From the NCBI RefSeq assembly GCF_003704095.1, contig NW_020843420.1:186001-250000 (forward strand): 64,000 bases of DNA. Direction: 5' to 3'. Both the position numbers and the translations under genes were made by a program. Shown piece after piece: positions 36,966 to 48,109 of this stretch. How positions within the stretch are numbered: position 1 is the stretch's first letter; each line of letters starts with the position of its first letter. The notes beneath the pieces were generated by a model. It was not told the DNA's origin and made no database searches. It saw only the letters and a program-made list of their open reading frames with translations. Source of the stretch: Pocillopora damicornis. Lineage: Eukaryota.

Positions 36966-39900
36966 ATGACTCAAATTCAGGTAAGCAATGAAGCCATTTT
37001 AGCGAGTTATCCATTTCCAGGAAACCTAGAAATGGATACCTCGTTATAAAATGGTCTCGTCTCAACAAAGTGAGTGGTCAGACAACAAGCGATGCGCTGT
37101 GGAAGTAAGGTGAGGCATCTTTTATCGAGAATTTGACTATATTTTTACTTTCTTTAGAGCGGTCGTAATATATTCCTATACAAACTTTTATAATTTCGCC
37201 ATGAAGCTTATTACGCAAGTTGATCATCTAACAAGTCCGTGATGGCAAAAGGTTGTTTCCACGCCCTAAAAAGCGATTTTGGTAAAATTTCCGCACAGCC
37301 CCATACTATTGTAAAACAAATCTGTTTTCCCAATGGCAATGTATTGTTTTTGTCATTGTTTTCTCTATTTAAGAACTGAATGCATAATGTAGTATGGGGC
37401 TGTACGGAAATTTTACCAGAGAAGCGTAAGTTTTTGGTTGAATAACCATGATATGTATTAAAACCCACCGATAAGTTTTCCCCATGCTTGTATGTGAAAG
37501 TTTTATTGTAAAATTGACATTGCGTAATGATTTCGAAATTTAGGAAAATTAGCTCGAAATCGCCAGGAAATAACTCCATTAAGCCAGTTTTGGTATATGT
37601 ACTCTTACGAATTCGTACGTTCTGACCATATCTCAGAGGACCCGTAGATAGTCCTGGTTCGACTTCACAAAGAATATTATGGTTACACAATTTACGTTTC
37701 TTTATTGGTAGCCGTATTTCTTGCTGTTTTCATCCAAATTTGACCGGTTTTTTCCCAAAACAATTTTGCACTCGCATTACTATCCTTTTAAAAACGCGTC
37801 TGCGTGATTTTCGGTCGAGGATGCACGGCGGATTGTGTTAGAGGACAATCCTAGCGAGGTCTTAACAGCTTTAGCTTTTTGCAAAGAAACACACACACAA
37901 TGCACAATTCTTGCATTCGCTCTGAAGAAGGGCCACCGCTCGAAACGTCGAATTAAAAACTCTTCCCAGTGACTAATTTACATTATGTACCCGTTCGATA
38001 TAACCAAATGATCTTGTTATATTATACAGGCTGTGTATCGTCCGTGTCTGTTCCTCGATATCAAAGTGTTACGTGGTCGGAATGTTACCTTGGGCACTTA
38101 CACTGACTGGGGTGAGTATGTGTACAAAGAAGTTTCTACTCGTAGAACAGCAAAGAGTACGATTGACTCATGTGGGCCATGGGGATTCTATGTGCAAATT
38201 TTGTGGCGTTAGCTCGGCCTCAGGAGTCTAGGGATAGCATTCATCTTATTAAAGATGGCGGATCGATTGTGTTCTTGGAATCACAGAATCATGTCATGGT
38301 GTCGTCATTACTGAATTTTGCTACAGAAATATATTCGGAGTGAATTTAGCCTTATTTAGATTGCAAGCGTCTCATCGAGACTCGAGCCTCGAGCCACCAT
38401 GTTTGACCGCGCCAAACTTTCCTCACCTTTAAAGGAAAAGCATTGACAAGTATTCATAAAATTCCAAATAGTAACCTAGGCCTTTTGAAAACTGTCTTTA
38501 AATGTGCTAAAAAAAAAACTGAGTCAATGGACGCCAACGCAGTGGTCAAACACTGCGCATGCGCAAGAATTTGAAAAACAATGAGAGCGATTTCTTAACG
38601 CGTGTCTTGCGTTAAGTGCGAAAGAAAAGGTTAAATTCCTAACTGTTCTAAGGCGTAAGACAAATTCAAGAAGGATTTTGGAGAAAGATTAAATCTTGGC
38701 GCTATTTATTTTGAGATATTCCAACTGTTTTTAAGGCAATGAAGGCAAAGAACAGGACCTTTCTTCAACACTTACTGCACAGATTACTGTCCGCTGTAAA
38801 GGTAGACCTGATATCGTTATAAATATCTTGTGTCGCCCTGGTTCCTCCTTTTTTCACACCGGTTTCCCTCGGTGTTGATCGGCAACTCCACTATAAACGC
38901 AACTAAGAATAATTACAGCCAGCACGGCCAAGTTTACGCTTGTTTACGCTAAGTTTATGCATCACGCCGCCGTGCAAAATTTAAAAAAAAGGGGGAGAGT
39001 GTAAACTAACACAAAGTGGATAAAGTCTAAAACAAACAATGTTTATAAGTCGCGGCCTTAGAAACTTCGAACTTTCCTTAGCAACTGCGAAGAACTACGT
39101 CTCACTTAGATTCACCATGTTTATAATAACAAATTATCCATATAAGTGTGTATGTGCAATCATTTGACTTAACGATGCCTTCATTTTAGGAAACAGAAAA
39201 AAAAACTGGGGACAACCACGAGCATATATTCAAAAACTGCTGTTTACCTGGTTATCGAAAAAAGAAACTATTTTGGTCAGGAATATCTCTTTTATAGCTC
39301 CTACCTGTTCATACAAATCTCGAAGAGATTGGAGGAAGAGGTTTGATGCTAAGTTGCGTCACACGTAATCGACCAAAGTGCTGAGCAAAATTCAAAATGG
39401 CGGTCAAATTTTAGCGCATTTGAAGACAATTTTCGAAAATGTAGTTTACTGTTTGGAATCTCAAAACACAGTCACTTTCACAATTTCAAAAACAGTGGGT
39501 CTCTGGATTATACTTTCTTTTTAAAATTCAAGATGGCAGCTTCGTAATTCGCGAAGAAGTATCCGGCGAAAGCTTGCCGACTAAACTGTTGTTCTTTCTA
39601 ATTAACTAATGACTGCAACTATCTTTAATTCAATGCCATACAATTTTTCATTTTCGAACTGCCTGACTAATCGTCTGTCTTCATCAGTTGTCGTCGGCTC
39701 AGTCTGGCAGACATAATTTGATTGGCTGAGCCAAGCTATGAGTCGCTTAGGAAAATCAAAGAGAGGGTGAACATTTTGGCTTTGACTCCTTAACTCCTCT
39801 TTTTATATTAAACCAAAAGGTCCTTTTTATTTCTCAGTTGATACACCGGATCCATACGTAAAACTGTACATTAAAACAGCATCAAATGGCAGGAAGAGAA

Positions 39901-42900
39901 CCAAAGTGAAAAACAACACAGCTAACCCTGTGTGGGAAGAAACATTTCAGTTTTACCTTGATCCAAATGTGAAAAACATTTTGGGTAAGTAACCTTTAAT
40001 GATATTTGCAACGTAACACTGAGACGAAGAGTCTCCTCGGTTAGCAAAGTATCCCACGTAAGCGTGGCTGTTGTTTTATTTGAAGTTTGAAGCATTGTTG
40101 TAAATTCCTATTCCGCGAAAATCACAACAGCCGGTCAATAACAAACACGTCTCGACCCACGCTGATAATGACTCTACATCTGCCTCTCTCTCTCTCTTTT
40201 TGATCATAAACCACGATAAAAAAGAAACCAGTAATTTATTTCGATTATGAATGCCTTCTCCCATCCCTAGCCTATAGCCTAGCCGTAAACAGAAACGAGA
40301 ACAAATCACGCTCTTTCATAACGCTACAGGAAGGGTTCCTATCAGAAATAGAAAACTATTGGTCAGTTCCTGTAAATGCTATTGATATTGTTACTTGTGA
40401 ACGTCTACTTTTCTTATCTTTAGAAATAACTCTAATGGAGTCAGACACAGTTGGTGACGATTTGGTGGATACAAAGTCATTCGACTTAAGTGCATTGAAA
40501 ATTGATGAAACTTACAAGAAAACCTTTGTCTTTAAAGAGGTATGGTACAACTCAGCTCAACCAGGAAGCCTCAGTGGTCACGTTACTCGTGTGACACACC
40601 TCGGCCTGATGGATAGGCGAGTCAGTGCAATAATTAAACACGTTTATTGACTCAACTATTTGCTTTATTCTAGACCTCAGAAGTTGATGTGGAGATGAAA
40701 GTCAAAACATGGTAAACCCAGTTTTATATTTTTGTCATCGTCAAGTTCTCTGTCTTTCCTCGAAAAAGGGTTACTTTTTGAGGAACAGCGAAGACAAGTC
40801 GCTTTGGTCAGGCCTCAGTTGTTCGAAGGTTAGCGCTATCCACTGGATAAAACTCTATCCGGTGGTTAACACTGTATGTTTTGCTATCACCTAACTGCCA
40901 GATAGCGATTTATCCGTTGGATAGCGTTATCCACCCTTTATACAACTGGGCCCAGNNNNNNNNNNNNNNNNNNNNNNNNNNNNNNNNNNNNNNNNNNNNN
41001 NNNNNNNNNNNNNNNNNNNNNNNNNNNNNNNNNNNNNNNNNNNNNNNNNNNNNNNAGCGATTTATCCGTTGGATAGCGTTATCCACCCTTTATACAACTG
41101 GGCCCAGGACAATAATTAGTTTCCTGTCGAGAAAAATGCAATATAAAGAGAAGGAACATTTCCAAACAGATTATGATCAAGTGTGAAAAAGAATCCTCGC
41201 AGGCGAACTGCAGTTAGAGGAATTGCATAAATTGCGAAGGCTGGAACAATTCAGGCTTCAAAGGGAACCGAAACTGTACCGCCATCCAAATAGAACACGT
41301 TAATTGAAATGTTAACGTTTCAGTGAAAAAAAAAATTTCTATCATTTTTCTATCAGCTCTGCGCCTACAGACATGAGGTACAGCCTGGACCTTTGTGACG
41401 AGGAAACTGATTTTCGTCAGAAGAGGAAAAGGGTTGTTTTTGAGACCATGAAAAAACTGCTCGGAGAACGAGGACCAAAAGAACTTGGCGAGGTAACTAC
41501 CCTCTTGAAATCAAAGTGTAAAATGAACTGAACCCCAAAAATAGTTTTTGAGAAGCTAATGAATGACGACAGCACATTTGGTAAATAAAAGGATGATGAT
41601 ATAGTGATACAGAGTTTGTTTGCCCGTAATTAGGTGCCCTCGATTGCTATTCTTGGTTCAGGAGGAGGATTTCGTGCCATGGTTTCTCTCAGTGGTGTAT
41701 TCTGTGCTCTAAAGGAGATGGGTGTGTTAGACTGTGCCATGTACACAGCAGGACTGTCAGGGGCAGCATGGTAAGTGACTTCATACCCAGTCCGGAGAGG
41801 GGTTACTCCCCTAGATAAGTTCTTTAGGCGGGCACTGACCTAAGGGGTGTAGTGTATGAGATGCTGTGGTCTGTAAACAGGCATCGATTTTAAAGGCTAA
41901 GTCTAAAAACGGCTGTGGAAATGTTAAATTATTTTATATTTACAAATCCCCAAAGTTTAGTTCTAGGATGAATACATAGCTGTTTCTGATCGACATCTTC
42001 ACCTCATTTGTATAAGCCCGAAGTTTTCTGAAGGCTAATTTGTTTGTTGGATTGAATAAAATTGAGTTCACCAGTTGAAAAAATTGACTAAACGTTAGTT
42101 CAAACTGGACGTTTCGATGTAATCCCCCATAACAAAGAAGCCATCGTGATCTCTGATAGTATAGTCTGATCGTCCAGATAAGTGCAGTGTTGTCGGTAGT
42201 GGTGACTGACCTATCGACAACATAACTGGAAGTCATCATCGGAGTCAGGTGAATAGTTGTTGTCGGTCGAATGTTCTAAGTCCGGTTCGTACAGACTGAT
42301 TGGTCAGTTTTGCCATGATGTTATTTGCTGCAAGACTCGAGTGGCGCAGGTCGGTCGTGATTGATCTGTTTCGATCCGTTAGGACGTTCTGTTCGGTTCG
42401 TTTGGAATATTAATGTCGTAAATAAGTTTTATTCACGACATATTTCAGATTATTCATGTTACTCCCAGATTCAAACATTTTATGTATTGAGTTCATGATC
42501 ATTTCTAACGCAAAAACATTCTAGGTATCTTTCGACGTTATATTCTCATCCTGACTGGCCGAATACCCATCCGAGCAAAATCAGGCAAGATTTGAGAAAA
42601 AATTTGACAGACAACTGGATGTGGTTGCTATTGACTCCATCATGGATGTACAGTCACATGAATATCATTCTGGATAAAAGATCACGTGGACAACCAGTCA
42701 GTTTCACAGATTTCTTTGGTTATCTGGTTGGAGAAACTATTCTGAAGGACGTAAGTTACAAGGGTTTACACGGTGTGGGTTACAATTCGACTGAGATTGG
42801 CAGATGTTTTTAGCTTCTGAGTAGGGTGTAGAGCTTAGCGTCTTTCAAACAGAGAGAACATTGCTTTAAAACAAAGTAAAGATGAACTGGAAAATGCTTC

Positions 42901-45900
42901 GTATCCACCCCTGTAACAAAGCGGATTCTACCTTAACATACCATTTAGCTCCCGTTTAATTTTCTGAAGTGTCACAAGGACATAAATACGCTCAGTAATA
43001 GGATCTCCCTGTGGCATGTTACTTCGTTACCACAAAAATTGATTCAATTTGTCCAAAAAAAAAACCATTACAGCAAGTGCTCGCCACTCGTGCACCGAAA
43101 ATAAAACTTGAATGAAATGGATAAGTTTACGATCTTAGGTTTTTCATTTATATTATCTGTTATTTCAAAGCGGCAACATGTTCCAAAATTGAGCGAACAG
43201 CGCCATGCAGTGAAAGACGCCGCGGCCCCAATGCCACTGTACACTTGTCTGCATGTAAAGAAGAACAAAGTTGCACAAGATTTTTGCGGTAAGATCATTA
43301 GAAATTTTCCTAACATAAACGAAGAATATAGCTTGAAATAATTTCCTCTCTTAAACCTTTCATTAACGCTCTCAGTGAAACTGAAAAAGAGTGTCTGATT
43401 TCACATTTAAAAGGAAATTCCCAGAGATCTTTCATTGATTAATAAATTTTTTTTCCGCTTATAGAGTGGCTCGAATTCAGCCCATATGAAGTAGGGATGA
43501 CAAAATATGGCACTTTCATGAAGACTGAGCATTTTGGAAGCAAGTTCTTTTGTGGGAAATTGGTAACACCTTACCCTGAGCCTCCACTGTTTTACTTGCA
43601 AGGTCAGCAGTCACTTAGTTTACTAGGCTCAAAAGTTTTCTTAGCACAGCGGTCAAACGTAGAGGGTCAATTTTGGCAGGCCACGCGCCAATTTCCCGCT
43701 CAAAACTTCTGAGGAAATCACGAGGAACAACCGTCCAAAAAGAAAAAAAAAAGGGAAAAAAGTAAGCTCGAGAGTTTTCATAAACAAGCTTATTTAATCA
43801 CGGGCTTTCACTGCTCTACCATTTTGTTTTTGGCTTTTAAAATCGTCAACATTTTCTAAATGTTGTCTGAGAACTTCGGCGGCAGAGTACATTGGCGATG
43901 TTACAGATATTTCTCGAGGAAGTTTTTTGAAATTATATGGAAATGTGCTAACCGTGTTTTTTTTTTATAAATTGCCGATTGAATGTGAAGGGGACAGTGT
44001 TTTGCTTAACTTACACACAATCATTACATCAGTCCTATGCCATTCTATTGCAGGAGTTTGGGGCAGCGCTTTCACCATCATGCTTCAGCGAATACTACAC
44101 GAAGGCCAGTCACCAACCGACACAATAAAAAACATGAGCAACTCTGGCGACTTGAGACACGAGTTACGTAAGTAACTGTTGCTGGATTTCTTTTGATTCA
44201 GCTCGCATTTTACAAAGCTGTAACTTTTTCCCTATTGTTCTCAAAGATATGGATATCTCAAACGACCCTGTGAGTGAGGACGAGGAAAGCGATGAGGAAA
44301 TGGACATTGATGCAGTTGATGAAAAGGAAATGGGAGATGAATACAGCCATAATGAAAACCACAGCTTCCTGATGAGTATAGCAGAGAGCTTCGTGGAGAA
44401 AATTTATTTCCTGAAAACCCGGTCTGGTCGAGCAGGCCTGGTGCACAACTTTCTACGCGGCCTTCAAATGATGTCTGCCCCAGTCCCCTCGGCTGGTGAA
44501 TCATTATGGCATTCAAGTTTTGTCACTTACTTCATCACACATAACATTATAATCCGTTCATATTCAAACGACTCAGATTTTCCGAGCGCATTAAAAGGAA
44601 GAATAAAAAGCCAACAAAATAACAAAACTCGCTTTAAAAGCCCATCCAAACAAATTACGAAATTCCTCTTTTTCCGCACTAGAGGAGTATTTCTTGGCTC
44701 ACAGCAAGTAGTTCTATTTTGCGAATGTAATCATGTACTTAATATTCTTCAATGTGCAGTAAGGCTTTTCTGATTTAGGGGAAAGATTAAAAAAACTTTT
44801 TAAAATTCTTATCATGCATGTTACTTGTTTTATTCATAGAAGCAGAACAGGTCACTGACACCGCTTACCAATTAGCAGCGAAGGCTAAACGTATATACTT
44901 GGTTGACAGTGGGCTCTTGTTCAATTCACCATACCCGCCGCTACTCAGACCGGAGCGAGATGTTGACATTTTCCTGTCATTTGACTTCAGTGCTCGAGAG
45001 AAGGACAACGAAATTTCTTTTCATGTAATCAACTAGATATCCTTTGTTGATCAAATTTTGAATTTTGACCAACATTTTGCACCCATAAACTTTAAAATAT
45101 TATGTGTCTCGGTTTTGAACTCTTGAGTTAAAAAAGTTCTTCGCCAACAGGTTCAGTTTCGTCTCACTCATATTTCGCTTTTCAGGAACTGTATTTGGCA
45201 GAGCAATGGGCAAGAGCAAACAATTTGAAGTTCCCACCAATCAACGCCAAGGAACAGTTGGAAACGGACGGAATCAAAGAGTATTACGTGTTCACAGATC
45301 CCGCGGATCCTACCTGTCCAGTTGTGGTGCATTTTCCTCTCGTCAACAAAACCTTCAAAGAACAAAGCGAACCAGGTTCTTTCAGAGACTGGACTAATTT
45401 TTCTTTTTGTAAACGAGTGATTTGTCATTAGGTTTGAGCGCTTTTTGTTTTTTTGCCTCCTGCCGCCTATTTCTTCTGGGCACGAACTACGGCTGCGCTG
45501 ATTTGTGGTGGTTGATCGAGTTGAAATTATTTCGTCGACACTTGAGGCAAGTTTTGAACATGAAAGAAGTCTCAGCTGAAGCATCCATGAAATAAAAAAC
45601 GTGGGCAAAACCTTACCTTGACTTACATCATGCGTTCCTGAACAAATTAACGGAAATTGTTAAGTAACTTTTGTGTTCTATAATACAAACTAACTCCGTA
45701 TTTCGTTTTATTTTTTCCTCAGGAGTCCCCCGTACGACTGCTGAAGAAAGAGAGTTTGCAAACTTCTCCGTGTTTGAAGATCCTGACGCCTATTATAGCA
45801 CGTTCAACTTTCATTATCCCACAAAGCCATTCGATCGTCTTTCAGCATTAACAGAATTCAACACTCTGTTGGGTGAGCAGGCCATTAAGGGTGTCATAGC

Positions 45901-45946
45901 TGACTGTGTGAAGAAGAGACGCGAAGCAAAACCGAGGAATGGCTAA
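36966..45946 (+). CDS. PLA2G4A: Cytosolic phospholipase A2 (group IV, alpha-like) copy A, 15 exons, about 704 aa
   Basis: Exons 36966-36980, 38030-38111, 39838-39984, 40424-40539, 40674-40711, 41357-41492, 41634-41770, 42525-42750, 43171-43288, 43465-43602, 44054-44167, 44247-44495, 44840-45024, 45186-45375, 45723-45946 (2115 nt, in frame). C2 domain (DTPDPYV, NPVWEETF), GSGGGFRAM, catalytic GLSGA, EWLEFSPYEVG, GVWGSAF, catalytic VDSGL, YSTFNF. Micro-exon 1 (MTQIQ) is tentative. The symbol marks the closest family, not proven orthology. Confidence 0.92.
37281..37417. mobile_element. Merlin-derived MITE (137 bp) in cPLA2-A intron 1
   Basis: TIRs GGTAAAATTTCCGCACAGCCCCATAC / GTATGGGGCTGTACGGAAATTTTACC. 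Near-identical to the reverse complement of 11069-11206 and to 36130-36255. No TSD visible. Confidence 0.88.
37917..38010 (+). repeat. Family-1 hammerhead-core repeat with intact catalytic boxes but broken stem I
   Basis: CGCT-CTGAAGA-A-GGGC-CACC-GCTC-GAAAC-GTC-GAATT, followed by the family tail. Confidence 0.7.
38597..38783 (+). repeat. Dispersed repeat, homologous to 10287-10490
   Basis: See the 10287 copy. Confidence 0.8.
42163..42250 (-). repeat. Decayed hammerhead-core repeat, family 2
   Basis: The minus strand reads CCGATGA-TGACTT-CCAGTT-ATGTTGTC-GATAG-GTC; homologous to 9166-9266. Confidence 0.55.
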
Positions 45947-46609
45947 TGGAGTGAACGGGAACTCCACGAAGAATGGAAGCCATTACTAACTGCGTTTTTC
46001 TTTACTAAGATATATAAATCAAATATCGATGAAAATTGCTAGTGTAGTGTAGGGATTATTTAATCAATCGTGTTTAACTAAGAAGCGTCAGTTACGTAAC
46101 TTCACTGTGGGAATAGAACTGGAATGCGCAGGGGGCAAACTAGACTTGGGCTACTCGCTCGACATGCTATGTTTTCGGGGTTAAACTGTCAGTTAATTGT
46201 GCTTGTAATAGTAAAAAATAAAACCTCAATCGTATTGTGTGACGTAAAGTTGTAGTGATTGAAAGTCCGTGGCAGTATCTCTGATCAACAATGGCAAGTT
46301 AAATGAAATTAAGTTAAGTAACGTTTGAGGGGAAAATATATAGACTGACTTTTTTCACGCACGCCATTTCCATTTCTACATGTCACGTGACACAACCAAC
46401 CGGAGGAATGTCGAGTGCAAATCATTCTCCAACTGCCTTGCTTACTGTTTCATCATTTTTTCATCAAAACAAAGGAGTTTTTTTCTTGTTTAAAACTTGA
46501 TAAAGGTAAATATCTCAGACTCATTGATAACTTTTCGCTATGGCAATTCGAGAAAGTTAATCGTACTTTTACAAAAATGATTTCATGTTTTATTGCTTTC
46601 TATACTATC

Positions 46610-47032
46610 GGAGGCGGGGGGGGGGGCATTAGGGGTTTTGCAGTTATGATTATTTTTGAGATCGGTTTTTTCAGTTTTTGTGCTAAAAAAAACTTCGGTT
46701 TTTCGGTTTTGGTGTTATTTGCGGTTTGCGAATTTTCTTTTCTTAAGCATTTGGTTTTCGGTACTTTTCCTGTTTGAGTTCCGGTTTCTCTTCGATTTGA
46801 GCGGCAATTAGGCACCACCACTGATCTTTAATGGCCGCGAAACCTCTGTAGGCGCCACTTGTCACCCACCCCTGCATCGAAACGATTACAGCTTTGATAA
46901 TGTGAACATTTATCGGTTTTGGCGGTTTTACATGCGGTTTCTTATTTGGATTGAATTGTTTTTGCGGTTTTGTGATTTTGGATTATTTTTTTCTACGGTT
47001 TTGCGGTTTCTAATAGAACCCACGCCCCCTCC
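46610..47032. mobile_element. Non-autonomous element with GGAGG...CCTCC ends, CGGTTT-rich interior and a 4-bp TATC flanking duplication
   Basis: TATC|GGAGGCGGGG ... ACGCCCCCTCC|TATC, with many internal (G/T)CGGTTT motifs. Confidence 0.6.
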
Positions 47033-47255
47033 TATCGATACAAGACATGATCCAGCAGCTCCAGGTTTTTGTCATTATCTTTTGTAAAACAGATGTTTAT
47101 CATGTGATTTAGGCCGCTTCGGTTTTTATCTCTTTCCACTCTCGTACAGGGGTCTCATAAGGACCCAAACCCCTCTCGTGTTTTCACTTCTCCGCCACTA
47201 TTGCACCATTTACTATCTTTCTTCTTTAAGTCACTGAATGTCTGGAACAGGTTAT

Positions 47256-47339
47256 ACTCTGTTGGGTGAGGAAGCCATCAAGGATGTCACAGCCAACTGA
47301 ATGAGGAAGATACGCGGAGGGAAACCGTGCGACGGCTAT
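47256..47339 (+). pseudogene. Relic of a cPLA2 terminal exon
   Basis: ACTCTGTTGGGTGAGGAAGCCATCAAGGATGTCACAGCCAACTGA... (TLLGEEAIKDVTAN*) aligns with the ends of exon 15 in both copies (TLLGEQAIKGVIADC and TLLGEQAIKDVIADC). Confidence 0.8.
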
Positions 47340-48109
47340 TTCTCGAAAACATTTTAAAGATTTTTACATATTGGGCGAATAGACCGCGAGGACAGAACAG
47401 ATTTGAATTAAAATTGTTAACTTTTAGTTCAAATCTGTCAATCGGCACCACGGAAATTCATAATGATTAAAAATCATTATAATTTCCGTGGTATCGAGTG
47501 ACAAATCGTTTATCCTGATCATATGATGAACTTTCATGGTTCTGCACGTCTATCATTTAAGTATACAATGTCGTGTTTCTGGCGGTATGGGTCATGGTAC
47601 ACCCACCACAATGGCTTAGTTTGGACTCTATTTGCCACAAAGATCACATAGTTTGTATTCTTGTGAAAAAACTATCAATTACAATTCTTGAGAAAGCGTC
47701 AACACAAAGGGCAAGACGAAGAGAAATCGGGTCAAATTTCATTACATTACATGTAAACAGTGACTACGCAAACCGTGGGACTCCTAGGAGCAGAGTGTTT
47801 CACGAAGAACATTAACAAGTTGCCGTTGTCGTTTATTCGCCCAGTACCTTGAACTGTACGGACTACTTAATTAGATAAATAGTATAAAAGACATACTTGA
47901 GCTAGACAGGCGTGTCTCTTAACAACTGAACAATTATCCATTTGCCTTCACGCCTGAGCGGTCATCACGAATGCAGACACTATAAATAGCTAGGCCGCTA
48001 CTTCTGGTGAAGAAAGAAACGCCTTTTCCATATCGGTTATCGTTCAAAATTTCAAGGAAGAAAGACGGCGTTGTTGTGTTTCCCAAATTGATACAGTAGC
48101 AGTTAGAAG

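Noticed and set aside
36016-37690. ORFs at 36016-36261, 37211-37690 and 11147-11392 sharing LPLGKQICFTIVW
   Set aside because: The shared peptide is just translation of the non-coding Merlin MITE.
40904-41107. Perfect 52-bp direct repeat flanking the gap at 40956-41055
   Set aside because: Identical contig-end overlap; most likely an unmerged assembly join rather than a real duplication.
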